A stretch of 64,000 nt of DNA from Octopus sinensis (taxonomy: Eukaryota): positions 76,694,001 to 76,758,000 of the forward strand of contig NC_043008.1 of the NCBI RefSeq assembly GCF_006345805.1, given 5' to 3'. This document shows, in pieces, positions 13,650-27,171 of this stretch (within the stretch, counting starts at the first letter, position 1; every line of letters begins with the position of its first letter). Position numbers and translations under genes: made by a program. A model generated the notes under the pieces. The model had not been told where the DNA came from. It was given only the letters and a program-made list of their open reading frames with translations, and did not search any database.

Positions 13650-14215
13650 GATTGATTTCAAAGTCAGGCATAAGGCCAACAGTTTCGAGGGAGAGGGTAA
13701 ATTTATTGCATCTACCTCAGAGAGTTCAAGAGGTACTTATAATATCAACCTCGAAAGGGTAAAAGGCAAAATCTACCTCGGCGGAATTTGAACTCAGAAC
13801 ATAAAGACAGAACGAACTACCAGTAAGCTTTTTGCCCGGCGTGCTAACGATTCTACCGGCCCGCCGCCTTATTGAATCTAATATTAGTTTCAAATTTTGG
13901 CAAGATCGGAGGAAGGGTAAGTTAATTACATCCCTCTCCCCAATGTTCAACTGTCACTTATTTTATCGACCTCGAAAGGATGAAAGGCAAAGTCAGCCTC
14001 GACTGAATTCAAATTCAGAACATATAGACGGACGAAATGCCGCTAAGCATTTTTCCCGGTAAAGATTTTATCAGCTCGCAGCTTTACTGAATCTAAATAC
14101 TGGTTTAAAATGTTGGCTCAAGGACAGCAATTTCGGAATATGGGTTAAGTTGATTACATGGACAGTACTTCACTGGTGCTCAATTTATCGACCCCGAAAG
14201 GATAAAAGGCAAAGT
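13650..14215 (-). mobile_element. three head-to-tail diverged SINE family B copies (~220-bp period)
   Basis: The ATCGACC(T/C)CGAAAGG..AAAGGCAAA motif (first copy ATCAACCTCGAAAGG) recurs at ~13745, ~13967 and ~14187, with similar spacers TT(A/T)(C/T)TGAATCTAA. Confidence 0.7.
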
Positions 14216-14233
14216 GCGTGCGGGTGGGCGTGA

Positions 14234-14296
<63 letters not shown>

Positions 14297-14969
14297 TGTG
14301 TGTGTGTGTTTGTGTGTGTCTGTGTATTTGTGTGCGTGTTAGTGTGTGTGTCTGTGTGTGTGCGCGTGTGCGTTTACATATTTTCCTGTGTATATTTCTT
14401 CATGCATCGCTGAGCATTTGTTTGCGTGTTTTGTGTGTGCCTATATCATTATGCTTGCATAAGTATATGTTTATATAAAGAGACAGAGGAAGAGACAGAC
14501 AGATATGCGTATGCATAAATGTATTGAAAATAGACAGTTTTATGTGAGAATAAATGCTTCAAATATATTGATTTTAGACTGAAAATATGTTTGCATATAC
14601 ATACGTATTTACATACATACATATGTACATATATGCTTATACATAGGCATCCACTAATATGTGTGTGTGAGAGAGGGTGTGTGTGCGTGTGTGTGTGTAC
14701 GAGTATATTAACTTTTACTTTTTGTTTTACGTTATAAATGCCTCGTTATCTTTTAATATTTATTGAGTCAACTCCAGTTTTCTAGCATGTAAACATTAAT
14801 TCACGAGCCACATATTAAAATTCTTACATTAAACTGCATAAGGAGATGATTCTTTATTGATCAATCAACTTTGTTTACCGTTTTTAAATTCTTTAATCAA
14901 TTTTTATCTACTTTCTCGTAGACTTTGCATTTTTCTTATAGGATTTCGATACAAAAATTTGATTTGCTA

Positions 14970-16050
14970 TCTAGTGACATAAACCACTTCGGCTGCAAAC
15001 ATCTGCTAATCTTCCGCCAGGTACATTTGTGGACCTCATTCTAAACTTCATCGAAAAGAACCTAGGCCTTTCATGCCAAGAAACAACCACCACTAACTCT
15101 ATCTCAGCTATATGATGTGTCAGTTTTTTGAACCGTCTGTCGCTGTAGTAACTCCTCCTTTTTACAGGAATTTGTAGGTTGTGTGCCACCCTCAACTCAT
15201 GCTCTCCCGATGAATTACTTTCCTCGGAATTACTTTACTGAATTACTTTCCTCAGAGTTCTATCCTTGCAGATGTTCAGGTTGAGTATTAATCACATCCA
15301 TCTTACAATTCTGGGTAGAAACAGCAAAAATGATGGGTTCGATTCTTCCACATTACTCGGCATTGCTTCTACTACATCTTGAGTTCACCATTACCATTTC
15401 GCCAAATAATTGTCCGACTGTCTCAGGTGCTTCTCTTTGTCACTTCGATCACTACCGCAAGTGTCCCACTTCCTCTGGCCAAGCCGATTGTTCATTTCCT
15501 ATAGCCTAAATGTCTCACACACTTCTCCAGATACTATCTTCCATGCTATATTGAGTAACACAAACACTTTTGGTGAAATCTCTCAAACAACACGAGCTAT
15601 CGATTAAATATCGTCTATGTAATCGTAAAAATACAGTGTAGCTGACATATCGCAATTCGTATTGACATACGAACTCGAATGATGATGTCACGTTCTGATC
15701 ATACCCTGTTTTCTAACCTTTGGATTTGTGAGTGTATTTCATCGTCTAGAAATATAAATATATCACCTGTAACGGTACTCATAAGCTATAACAATGTACC
15801 CACAACCTCCAGTCTAGTGCATTTTATGAAGAGGTTTTGGTTCAATATTATGTATACCTTAGAAGCATTAGTTTGAGATGAAAGATATCCGATTGCATTA
15901 GTATGGTGAAAGTCATCCTGTTTTCTTAATTTAGGATAAAATGAAGTCCACCAACAGAGTATGTAATGCGGCTGCTTTCTCTTTGGCAATTGTCCATATT
16001 AACACGTTGGTCTTTTATAGTATGGTTGAAGAAATATGACATCAGCGCCA
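14970..16050 (-). mobile_element. ancient, highly decayed RTE-like LINE relic
   Basis: Manual minus-strand translation gives ..ALHTLLVDF.. (motif A-like) and ..DYIDDI.. (motif C-like) among many stops. Confidence 0.4.
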
Positions 16051-16118
16051 ACCAAATATTTGGCTCTCCCCACTACTCCTTCTCTTTCTCACTCTATCTC
16101 TTTTTCTCTTATTCTCTT

Positions 16119-16188
<70 letters not shown>

Positions 16189-16439
16189 ATTTATGTTCCA
16201 AACTACTTCCTTCTCTATATCCACTGATATTTTGTGTGTGTATTTATTTATGCATGTATGCATGAATGTATGTATAATTTAAGTTCTTGAGATAGTTCAA
16301 GCCAGTTGCTAACAAAACAACAAACCTTTTTGACTTAAAAGAGTTCCCGGCATTAGTAAATATGTGCTTGAATTGGTGTGTTGGTTGAACTGTCGATGCA
16401 TGCACTCAAATGTGTGCATCTATTCACATAAGAATCTCA

Positions 16440-17420
16440 AACAGAGAATTTTTAGAATGTCTTACAAATCTTCCTTGTACCACTAATCGGATTGGATTTG
16501 GAGGATCCGCGTCAGTTTCTTTTGCTTATTTCCGTGAAATCGGGTATTCTTAGGTTTCTGTGCGAATTTGTAGATATATAACCTAATGCACCTATGATGA
16601 TAGGTATGAATGAGAATTCATGATCTGAGTACAATAGCTGTAAGTTGCGCATTAATTTGTTATAGATGTTCTCTGTTTCCCGGACTTTTGATTGTACATT
16701 CACATCTACTGGTCAGTTGACCTCTGCAAAAGGGCATGACTTTTGTTCTCTGTCTCACAGAAGAATAACAGGTTTATGTTTGCACCGAATTGATGCTTTT
16801 ATTGGGGTGTTCCACCAGCATTTCTTGTTTTTAAAGGTGTGAATACCTGCTGGTTCTGACATGCCTTTAATGTATACCTCATGGAAGCCTTTCCTGCGGA
16901 TAACATTGTAGATAGTCGTTGCAACTATATCATAGCTCAGGGGTAGGTAGTATCTCGTAGACATTTTGGAGCAGCTAATGCTGATATGGGTGATATCTTC
17001 CACACTGGTATAGCAGAGCCAACATCTTCTATCACAACGTAGAGGTTTTGAGGTATCTCTCTTGTTTATCAGATATTTAATAGCTACCCTTTGTTCCTGG
17101 ATATCGAAGGCATATCCTACTAGGTGGGATGTAATGTATTTGTCGCAAGTACAGAAAGAGTCTATTCTTCCTGTCAATGCTGTTGTTGCCCTCTAGCTCT
17201 TTGGACATGTACCCATGCATTGCTTTTTGTTGGTTTGATGTCTGCTTCTCCTCCCAGCTTGTGGTTAGGTAAGCCAGTCTAGCTTCCTTTGGGTCGTATT
17301 AGACAGTTGTATTCTCAGAGTACATGCACCGTAGTTCTTCTTCAGCTCTGAAGATGTTCCTGTTCTCAACTTTTAGTCTGCATGGAATATACTTATTTCT
17401 TTCTTTCCTGTTCAGCAGGT
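16440..17420 (-). mobile_element. RLE-type (R4/Dong-like) LINE remnant, 3' region
   Basis: ORF 16755-17177 has LVGYAFDIQEQ, a CWLC...ITHISISC zinc knuckle and WWNTPI; ORF 16512-16703 has FIPIIIGALGY. Homologous to the 3.8-5.8 kb element. Confidence 0.8.
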
Positions 17421-17604
17421 GTTAGCTGTAAGAAACAATGCGACATGCAAAGGCTTTTTGGGCTGACCTTGTGCCTCTACCGATATTACTTCGTCTCATG
17501 TATGTATGTATGTATGTATGGATGAATGGATGGATGGATGGATGGATGGATGGATGGATGGATGGATGGATGGATGGATGGATGGATGGAGGGATGGATA
17601 TGTG

Positions 17605-17790
17605 TTTGTGTTTCACCCCTGCCACCACCTGACAACCAAACTTCAGCAGTTCGAGAAGGGACTGATAAAATAAGGACCAGACTTACGAATAAGTACTGGG
17701 GTCATTTTATTCAAGTAAATCCTTCAAGGCGGTGCCCTAAGATGGCCACAGTCTAAAGACTGAAATAAGTAAATGATGAAAGACAAAAGA
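17605..17790 (+). mobile_element. diverged SINE family A 3' part
   Basis: AATAAGTACTGGGGTC...GGCGGTGCCCTAAGATGGCCACAGTC...GACTGAAATAAG tail. Confidence 0.6.
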
Positions 17791-18743
17791 AGATATTTTA
17801 CATCTCTTACATTACGATACACATCCACTCATATACATATGAACGCATACACACACACACGTTTGTGTGTGTGTGTGTGAGGTGCATGTGTATATAATCC
17901 CTACGAGCCTACCCATTTATCTCTTCCGTTTCTCCCTCCCTATCTCTCTCCTTCTTTCTCTATCTATCTACCAATCCATCTATCTATCTATCTATCTATT
18001 GTCTGTCCTCTGATGAAACTTTGATAAGTAAATCTAACCTACTCAGTTTTTGCGAAAATATTTCGAAGATTCGTTTGATTTTGATCGAAATAAATTCTTA
18101 ATGTCGCAATTTTATGGTGATTTCGTTTAAAACACATTTCTTAGCCTCATCTATCATCATGTAAGAGTTTTGTCGATAACAATTGTACATCTTAGTTATG
18201 CCTGCTAAATATGAAATGGAAATTCTTTTACTTGTGTCTTTAGAGACATATAGCTGACTGGAGATTGTCTGTAATGGCTACAATAATTAAATTTGTTCTG
18301 TCTTTGAAACACTCTCGTATTATTTATTATCAAATATAATATACATCAATAAAGATTAAGAGATTATGTCGAAAGTTTACAGTCATCGAATTATGTTGAC
18401 TACTATCAGATTCGTCGTTTATGGAGGAAATCACTAAAAGTCTCTGAGAGTCGCTTAAACGTGATCTGAGTGTTATTACAAGAATGAATCAAAGTGTTTG
18501 AAGAATTTTTTTATTTTATTGTTTCCCGATTAAAAGTGATTATTTCATGGCCTCACCTCCATTAATCCTGCCAATGTAAACCAATTGCATATCTCTTGTA
18601 TCTTCCAATACGACTATAAACGATATCGATACAGTGTCTAGATGAGATATTCGATTCGATAGACAAGCGGAATGGACATTTACATTGACCTCTGCATCAT
18701 ACATACACATACACTCATATGTGTATATACATACATGTGTGTA

Positions 18744-18782
<39 letters not shown>

Positions 18783-19389
18783 GTGTGTGTGTGTGTAAAT
18801 ATAAATATGTATATATCTATATGTGCATATATATATATATATATGTATATATCTATATTTGTGTGTGTGTGTGTGTGTGTGTGTCTGTGTGTGTCTGTGT
18901 GTGTGTGTATAACCAATCTCATCGATTCCAAGTCTCTCTCTACATCAAAGAACTGGTAATCTATCTATTGATAATTAAACACATAAAAACACGCTCGCAT
19001 GCGCACTTACACAAGCATATACATATTTATACACATACATATGCACCCACTCATACACACTATATACACACTACATAGACACTACACACACTCGTGTAAA
19101 CACAAACATACACACACATACAGACATACACACATAAACAGACCTTCACACGTCTATATACATACAGTTATTACTTGAAATCACTCTTACCATTCACTAA
19201 TGATGTCAGTGCCGTAAGTTGCTCATTTACCGTACATCTATTAAGGCAATAATTACTCCGAGTTAGACTTTACATTCGACTCTTAATACGGATGATAACA
19301 GAAATATCACTAATACAGTCAATTACAGAATTAATTGATAAATTAATTAACTTCTAAACTGCTAATAATAGTAATAATAACAATAATAA

Positions 19390-19600
19390 TAATGGTTTCA
19401 AATTTTGGCCAGCAAGTTCAGGAGAGTGGGTAAGTCGTTTACATCGACCGCGGTATTCAAATGGTACTTATTTTATCGACCCCGAAAGGACAAAAGGTAA
19501 AGTCCACTTCGGAATTTGAACTCAGTGCGTAAAGACGGCGAAATGCTGCTAAGCATTTTGCCCGAAGTGCTAACGTTTCTTACCAGTTCACGACCTTAAC
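19390..19600 (-). mobile_element. SINE family B copy
   Basis: GGTACTTATTTTATCGACCCCGAAAGG...GGAATTTGAACTCAG (B-box GAGTTCAAATTCC on the minus strand). Confidence 0.75.
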
Positions 19601-19689
19601 AACAATAACAACAACAAGAACAAACAATCTAAACGAGTGTTTTAGTATCCAAATGAACTGCACAATGTAAAACTACATGTGCTAGTGTG

Positions 19690-20044
19690 AGTGTGTGGGG
19701 TTGTGAGTGTGTGCCATGGATTTCGATATGAGTGTCCAGCTGTTCGATCTCCTTGATGACCTTCTTACTAAATTAACGTCTAATTTTGTTGAGTAACCCA
19801 TAGACATGTGAACCCTTGACATAATTCTCAGGCAAAATCAGCATGAAACAGCGAAAAGACTGGAGCTTTGAATTACAGATAGAGTTCATCCGAAAGCCTT
19901 CTTCATAGTTTCCATCTATCCAGTTTCACTTAGAGTACATTGATCGACCCAGGATTATGATACCTGCACTTTTCCATCATTTCATGCTGTGTGATCGCAC
20001 TCACAACATCATGGTTGTCAAACGAAATCCTTAACCACTCAGCC
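19690..20044 (-). mobile_element. old tRNA-derived SINE related to family A
   Basis: The minus strand starts GGCTGAGTGGTTAAGG (A-box-like); internal similarity to the family A segment TCAGTTTCCGTCTACCAAATCCACTCAC. Confidence 0.5.
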
Positions 20045-20358
20045 TTGCTTGCATACTAATACATGTGCGCATGTTTGTGTATCCGCGGGGGTGTGTGCAT
20101 GTATGTATATGCGTGCAAGCATGTGTGTTTGTATGTGTAAGTATGTAATGTATGCTCGTATGTCCATATATTTATGAATGTATGCATGTGCATGCACGTA
20201 TGTACATGCATATATGTAAATATATATGTATGTATGTGTGTATGCATGTGTGTGCGCATGTGTGTATGCATGTCTATGTATGTATGAATGCATGTGAATA
20301 TGTATGTTTCTACATGTATGTATGCACGTGTATATGTATTTGCAGAGAAACAGACAGA

Positions 20359-20832
20359 TTCTTATTACCCTTGATATTATTAATTATTGATAATTATTTC
20401 TGGATAATTTTCTAATTGAAAAGCCGGCATTTTTATTTACTGCCGACAAGGAGCTGCGCTTGCGCAGTAAATTTTAAAAAATTAGAATGTATAAGCTAGG
20501 GACATATACTGGATTACCTCTTGTTTAATCTAAGGTGTCCCTGCTGAAGAAGACTTCGCCTAGTAAATTATTTTATTTGAGAAAAAAAAGGCTGAAACCA
20601 TGGTCCATTTTCATTTTTCATTCCCTTCGAAGTTTTAATCCCTAATAATGGTTTGGAATTTAACTATTCTGTCTAGCGTGCAAGTAGTTCTATGATGGAT
20701 GCCTCTTATGTGTTTAAATGTACACTGTATTTATAGGAATAATATGTCGTCTATTGACTAAATTTTTACACGCTAGGCCACTGATCGTAGAAATTTCTAA
20801 TATTTCTTATTACCCTTGATATTATTAATTAT
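20359..20832 (+). mobile_element. ~445-bp non-coding unit with a 29-bp terminal direct repeat and a hammerhead motif (PLE pseudo-LTR or retrozyme-like)
   Basis: TTCTTATTACCCTTGATATTATTAATTAT occurs at both 20359-20387 and 20804-20832; homologous to the inverted fragment at 31502-31690. Confidence 0.55.
20542..20607 (+). ncRNA. type I hammerhead ribozyme-like motif
   Basis: CTGAAGA (20544-50) - extended stem II AG..CC/GG CT - GAAA (20594-97) - palindromic CCATGG - TC (GUC triplet). Stem I is only 2 bp in this copy. Confidence 0.55.
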
Positions 20833-21172
20833 ATAATTATATAATTATACAGAATTATAGATCCATTTCAGCTGATTCTAATCAGTTTCACACTAGATAT
20901 TAGGTAACCAGATATTATATAATAGCACAGTTATCTTTGAATACACACTGTAATGGATCTATAATACTCTATACTTTTTACTAATATACCCACTCTATTG
21001 ACAAATATATGTGAGCATATATGGATTTTTATGGATTCACATTCATATGTGTGTGTATGTGTGTGCATAAAGCCATTCCCTTCAACACTACACGTCTCCA
21101 CACGCGTGAAAATACACACGCACAGGTAAATGAATAGAATTAAATAAACTTACGTGTGTGTGTGTGTGTATG

Positions 21173-22290
21173 TACGAGGCATCACAAAAATGAATACACA
21201 CATTATATACTAATGAAGTTAGTGGTTATTAAAATACAATTCATTTTCAAAATTTAATGGAATTTAAACACAGAATTTAACCTTTTATGTACGCCTCCTT
21301 TCAATCAGATGACGTTCAGGTTCAACCACTACTAATAATGCGAATTTATGGAATCGCAAACATCAAGAAACATTTCGTTTAGTTTACTTTCAATTCATTG
21401 ATTATTGGTGGTTTTAAACCTTAAACTTTCTCTTTTAAAAGTCTCCCATAACAGAGTGTCTGGTGCTGAGAGGTTAAATGAACACAGAGGTTATTCTATA
21501 GAACCATTCGTCCAATCTACTTGTTTGGCAAAATATCATCTACGTAGGCCCTCACATTACTTTTGGTAGCATTAGAGTGCTCCGTCTTCCTGGAAATATC
21601 ACTTTGCATCTTCTAGTTACTCATGCTTGACATAACAGATTATCGCAGCAACTTCAATTAAATAGGAGTAGGCATAGTAACGTCAAAAAAGAATGGTTCA
21701 ATTAATGCTTTTGATGATAAGCAAGCGCATTCTCAGGCTTCCGGTAGATGCAGTTGTGGAATTTGGTTGAACTGTTTAATTTAAATGTACCCTCATCACT
21801 CGAAACAATTTCTGTTGGTAAGTGTGCATCTTCTATATATTTTACCGAGTACCACTTGCAAAACTCTGTTCTTCGGACTAGATCATCTTCATTGAGAGCA
21901 TGGACAATTTTTGGAATGTATCTTTTCCAATAACAGCGCTTCAAGATGCGATGGCTGTTTGATTTTTAAATTCCTATCTTATGACTGATTTATCACACAG
22001 AACTCTGAGTAATATTTCTTCCTTTGTGGGGCACGTCTATGTTCGCGGTCTTCCAGAATGTTTCTTGTGGATTTTATAGACAGCTCGGACGGCTTCAAAT
22101 TTATCTTAAATTCGAATGATGGCAAGTTATCGAGGTGGATCTAAAACATCTTTGTTCTTCGACTGCGTTTCCAAACTTCCAGTGGCACTTTAGAAAACAT
22201 TTCCTTTGTGCAAAGCTTAGTTTGGCTCCCTTCATTATATCTAATTGATTAAATCGAAACAGAAATGAAAGTCGAGTTATCAGCTATTAA
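21173..22290 (-). mobile_element. decayed Tc1/mariner-superfamily transposon (rosa/DD41D-like; clade uncertain)
   Basis: From ATG at 22235: MKGAKLSFAQRKCFLKCHWKF...RDKFEA...HSGRPR; ORF 21702-21944 DDLVRRTEFCKW...SSDEGTFKLN; further on FQEDGA and a decayed WIG...WP-like segment. TIRs not resolved. Confidence 0.7.
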
Positions 22291-22796
22291 AATATATGTT
22301 TGTATGTATATATGTGTGTGTGTATTTATGTATCAATGCATGTATGTATGTGTGACTGTAAGTATGTTTACATTGTATATACATACATGCACATATATAC
22401 GTATATACATATAGAGGTAAGTATGTATGTATATCTATATATATATATATATATATGGACGTAAATATGTATATCTATAAATATGCATACCTATATATGT
22501 ATGTATATACATACATATATATATATATACATTCATTCATGCATACATGCATACATGCATACATACATACATACATACATACATACATACATACATACAT
22601 ACATACATACATACATACATACATACGTACATACATACGTACATATATATATATGACGGCGTTGAGATATGCTATGTTTTCTATATTTGTATATGATCTT
22701 ATCTTAGCTAAGCTTTGTGATTTGTGAAACCAATAAGAGACGGTGAGGCGAGATCCTACCATCACATCACCACTGAGTAAACAATTACGCAATCAA

Positions 22797-22797
22797 C

Positions 22798-22866
<69 letters not shown>

Positions 22867-22880
22867 CAGCAGCAGCAGTA
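22797..22880. repeat. (TAG)n followed by (CAG)n trinucleotide repeat
   Basis: Directly visible. Confidence 0.95.
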
Positions 22881-23299
22881 GTTGTACGTTGACTCCATGT
22901 TTATTCTGGTGATATTTCTGGCCATTGTTCTCCCTGTTTCCAGTATTTGGACAATTTACCATTGTTGCATAGGAGATTTTTATCACACAAATTGGTTGCT
23001 GGTACTATTGTTGACATTCTACAAGAAGAGAATAATTCTGTTTGCAGTGGCACTGAGAATCAGACCATTTCCTTCAATATATGATATATCTGCTAATAAG
23101 CGCAAGAAAGATGAAATCTGAAGAGTAAAATGCAGAGAACATTAGAGAAAGAAATTATATTCTTGACAGCATATATATATGTGGTTGCTGACAGATTTTC
23201 CTGTTCAGTAAGGATTTTATCCTATATATGCTGTTCTATCAGTATTTACGCATTGAAAAATATATCTTTCTACTTGTACTAGAATACATACATACATAC

Positions 23300-23375
<76 letters not shown>

Positions 23376-23394
23376 ATATATATTATATATATAT

Positions 23395-23445
<51 letters not shown>

Positions 23446-23782
23446 GTTTATATGTATATATCTATAAATGCATTACAAATATTTTTCTTTCATGTTTGTA
23501 TATTTTCTTATACTACTACTACTACTACTGCAGCTATCGCTACTGCTGCTGTCATTATTATTTGTTATAGAAATTAGTATTTGCTGAATTCCTGGATGTG
23601 TAGCATTTTCAGAATTTTTATGTTACCAGTTGAAAAACTGAGTTCAAATTGTTTTCTTTCTTGAAAGATTTTTGAGTTGTCAAGTGGCAACTGATGCGAA
23701 TGGAACGCTGCAGTCATGTATGTATATAAGCAAGTAATTAAGTGTGCATGTATGTATTAAATATCTATGTGTGCATATATAT

Positions 23783-23829
<47 letters not shown>

Positions 23830-23884
23830 ACATATATACATACATACACATATGCATATACATACACATACATATATGAAAGCG

Positions 23885-24030
23885 CATAACCTTTTGGTTA
23901 GCTTTTTGTACTCACGATCGTAACATCTTGGTTTCGATTCCTGGATCTGGTGGTGCGATGTGGACTTGATTCAAGCACTTCATTTCCTGTCTATTCAGTT
24001 GTAAATGAGTACAAACATAGAAGTGGAGCA
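23885..24030 (+). mobile_element. diverged tRNA-derived SINE fragment
   Basis: TGGTTAGC ... GGTTTCGATTCC (B-box-like) ... GTAAATGAGTAC. Confidence 0.4.
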
Positions 24031-24129
24031 GCTTTTCCGTCCTCCATTTTGGTCAAAGGTGGGAGAGCCGAAAGTGTGTTGTCTGCTTGCCATTAAATGA
24101 GAACCTAAAACAATTATGTTTCAATAATT

Positions 24130-24680
24130 GTTACTGGTAAAACTTATTATGTCATAGTCGCTTGCGAGTGACGACCAAGCCTTTCCACATCCCTCTGCTC
24201 CCTACCTCTCTTTGTTCCTCCCACGTGACCGGTGCTCGCCAAGCACGATCTTTCTTTCTTGGCTTGCCGCCGCTCGCACGACACCTTATTTTCCTGTCTC
24301 CTGACTTTCATCTATGTTTTTTGCTCTAAGGCTTCCATTTCACACGCCAGCTTAACCCAACACCTGTTGTTATTCTTGTTGTTTGTATTTGTAATCGTGT
24401 AACATTTTTTCCTTTTCCTCTTTTTTTTTGTCCGTGTTGTCGCAAATATTCGACCGCTTTCCAAAAATTTAATGCCCTTAGCTTAGATTTTTGGGACCTA
24501 CCAATTTTCAGTCCCAAGTGTAACAGGATGAAACTGTAGTGATAATTAGAATCTTGACTGATAAGTAGAAAGCCACGAATGTTCCGTCCTGCTTTTCCTG
24601 TCCGTCCTTGTATCGTCCATCTGTCCGTATGTTTTCATTATCGTCCGTTACGTTCTTGTTCCTTTTTGGGAATTTATACA
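24130..24680 (+). mobile_element. diverged member of the CT-rich, (TA)n-ended repeat family also at 40.7-41.8 and 58.4-59.5 kb
   Basis: TCTTGACTGATAAG...CGAATGTTCCGTCC...TTGTATCGTC...CGTTCTTGTTC...(TA)n aligns by eye to the reverse complement of 40715-40820. Confidence 0.55.
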
Positions 24681-24699
24681 TATATATGTATATATATAT

Positions 24700-24758
<59 letters not shown>

Positions 24759-24849
24759 TTGTACACATACATGTATTTACGTACGTAGTCGCACATACCT
24801 ATACACATACACGCGCGCGTGTGTGTGTGTACCTAATCTGTGATATATG

Positions 24850-26150
24850 TGGGTGTTCAAAATACTGGAATTTACCTATGTCAAAGTTAATGTCTGCATG
24901 ATTTCAAGCTATAGTTCACTTTTAGTCTGATTTAGATCCACATCTGCTACGTCAGTGATGTCACCAAGAGAAGAACATAATTAACACAGATTCCAAATCA
25001 CCCATGTCTAAATATTTAAGGCTAAATCATATTCCTAAATTTTAGTTTCTGGAGCAGAAGCTTTGAGCATTGTTGTATCCAGATTAGTACAGCCAATGTC
25101 CTGAATCGTGTGGAAGTTTTAATTTGAGCTTCTGTAATTTGGTATTCGACTGGAATGGATTTCTGGAAAGCTGTTATGTCGCTCTGGGGAGATATTTTAC
25201 CGATCAATTTTCATGGAGGTCCTAAGTGGACTATATATTTAGACAGAAAGTTGTGGATAAATTGAGAATTGTTGTAAATGATAGACTGTTGGTCATTAAT
25301 TTAGAGAAGAAAAAAGTGATACACTTTGGGGACACACCACCGTTGATAGAGTTTGGATAGGGCAGAGGTCTTGCCATGGTGATGCAGTCTGGGAGGAAAC
25401 TACTTACTGAAAAGATTTGAGATAGATGAATCTAGGTTTGAATGAATTTAGACAGGAAATTCTTGTTCCAAACCTGCTAAATGGCTTTGTTATGCCCATG
25501 CGCAACAACATTGCCTTCGTTAAACATCTCAAGGACAAGAGATCTTTGGTTAATAGTGAGTGACATAAAAGATCCCTGTTTGGTGGAAATAATATATGTG
25601 ATTACTAATGAGACAATGAAAGAGATAATTATACTGCCAGAGCTTTTGGATTTCTATGTGACAGAGATTCTTTGATTGGTAACCAGATCAGACAGATTGC
25701 TCTTCATGAGATACACTGTAGCCTGTTTCCACACATTTTGAGAAAATGAATCCCGGCAAATAGATAAACATTGAAAAGTCTGATGCAAATTAAACCTAAC
25801 TCTCTTCAACAATGAAGAAAGAGATATCGTCAGGGCTATGCTTGTTGTTCGATTGAAACAATCTGAGAATTTATCCATTTGGCGAGTGTATGTCTGTGCT
25901 TTTGAGACATGGTCAGTGGCGGGGAGGGTGAGAGGAATTTAATGTATGTATAGTAAATGAAAGGAGATCAGATAATCCAGGTATTTACCTCGGGTGGAAC
26001 TCGCGTGTGCGGCGGCTGTCTGGAATACTATGAAGGAGAATTCTTTTCGGTAGAAGCATAAGTTGCTGAAGAATGGAGTTGCTGACATTATATTTATTTC
26101 ATGTTTTACAATCATGTAGGTGACAAATCCAATACGCATGAAGACATAGA
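24850..26150 (-). mobile_element. ancient CR1/L2-group LINE RT relic
   Basis: Manual translation SNLSDLVTNQRIS..., SLVLEMFNEGNVVAHGHNKAI*QVWNKNFLSK (motif A region), SINGGVSQS (motif B' region). Confidence 0.5.
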
Positions 26151-27171
26151 TGAGAATTATGATATAGTCATGTCCATTATATAATGAATATTACATAACG
26201 ACCTTCACAGTTATTTAGTCATAATCAAACGAACAAGTGTATTATAGAAGATTAACAAAATATTGAGACTAGATATATTACACATATTTAGATATATCTA
26301 ATATCTCTCGTGTAAATTTCAAGTGAATGGAATAAATATTTCGCAAGCTATGAGGAAATAAATAAACAATCTTCCAAATTTCAGCGGCCAAAAGTTAAGA
26401 TCCACTTAGAAAAAAATGAACTACTAACCGAGGTATTTGCTGTTTAGAAGACTGTTAATAGGCTAACAGTTACTTCTCATGATCTTACATTATTGGAACA
26501 TTCAACTGTCAACATGGTGGCTTGTGAGAGACGACCGGTGTCCTGTGATGAAAAACAAAGGACTGTGTGCCTTCACCAATAGGGCAAGTCAAATTATGTG
26601 ATAGCAACTACTGTAGGAAGGTCTAGAAGTGTTGTGCAACGAATTGTAGCTCGTTGTAAGTCATCAGGATCGACAGATGCTAAACTCAAAACTGGTAGAC
26701 CTCGTAAACTTCTCCAAGACAGGATCGTATTAGGGTTAGAATGTCACTGAATGATAGGTTTAAGAGTGCTGCTGAGATATATTGCGAGTTTAGCTCCACT
26801 TCCGATGTCAACGAATAGCACAAAACAGTTCCCCGGAGGTTAAGAAGTTCTGGGTTGCTTGCTCAGGCACCGACAAAAAACCTCTGATCTCCAAGAAGAA
26901 TCAAAGAGCACGTCTTCGTTTCGCTCACGAACATGTCGTTTGGACAAGAGCAATGGTCGCAGGTTCATTTTAGCGATGAATCGAACTTTGATAGGACTGG
27001 TTCCGATGGCGAGATATACGTCCGACTTGGAAGTGGCGGAAGGTTATCTCGTTCATGTATGAAGAAGACAGTGAAATATTGAGGAGGCAGTGTAATGGTA
27101 TGGGGAGTGATCTCTGCTATTGGTGCTGGTCCACTTATTCGCCTACAAGGGACTGCCAATGCTGAAATTTA

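Noticed and set aside
18010-18070. CTGATGA ... GAAA spacing resembling a hammerhead
   Set aside because: No stem I pairing and a poorly formed stem II.
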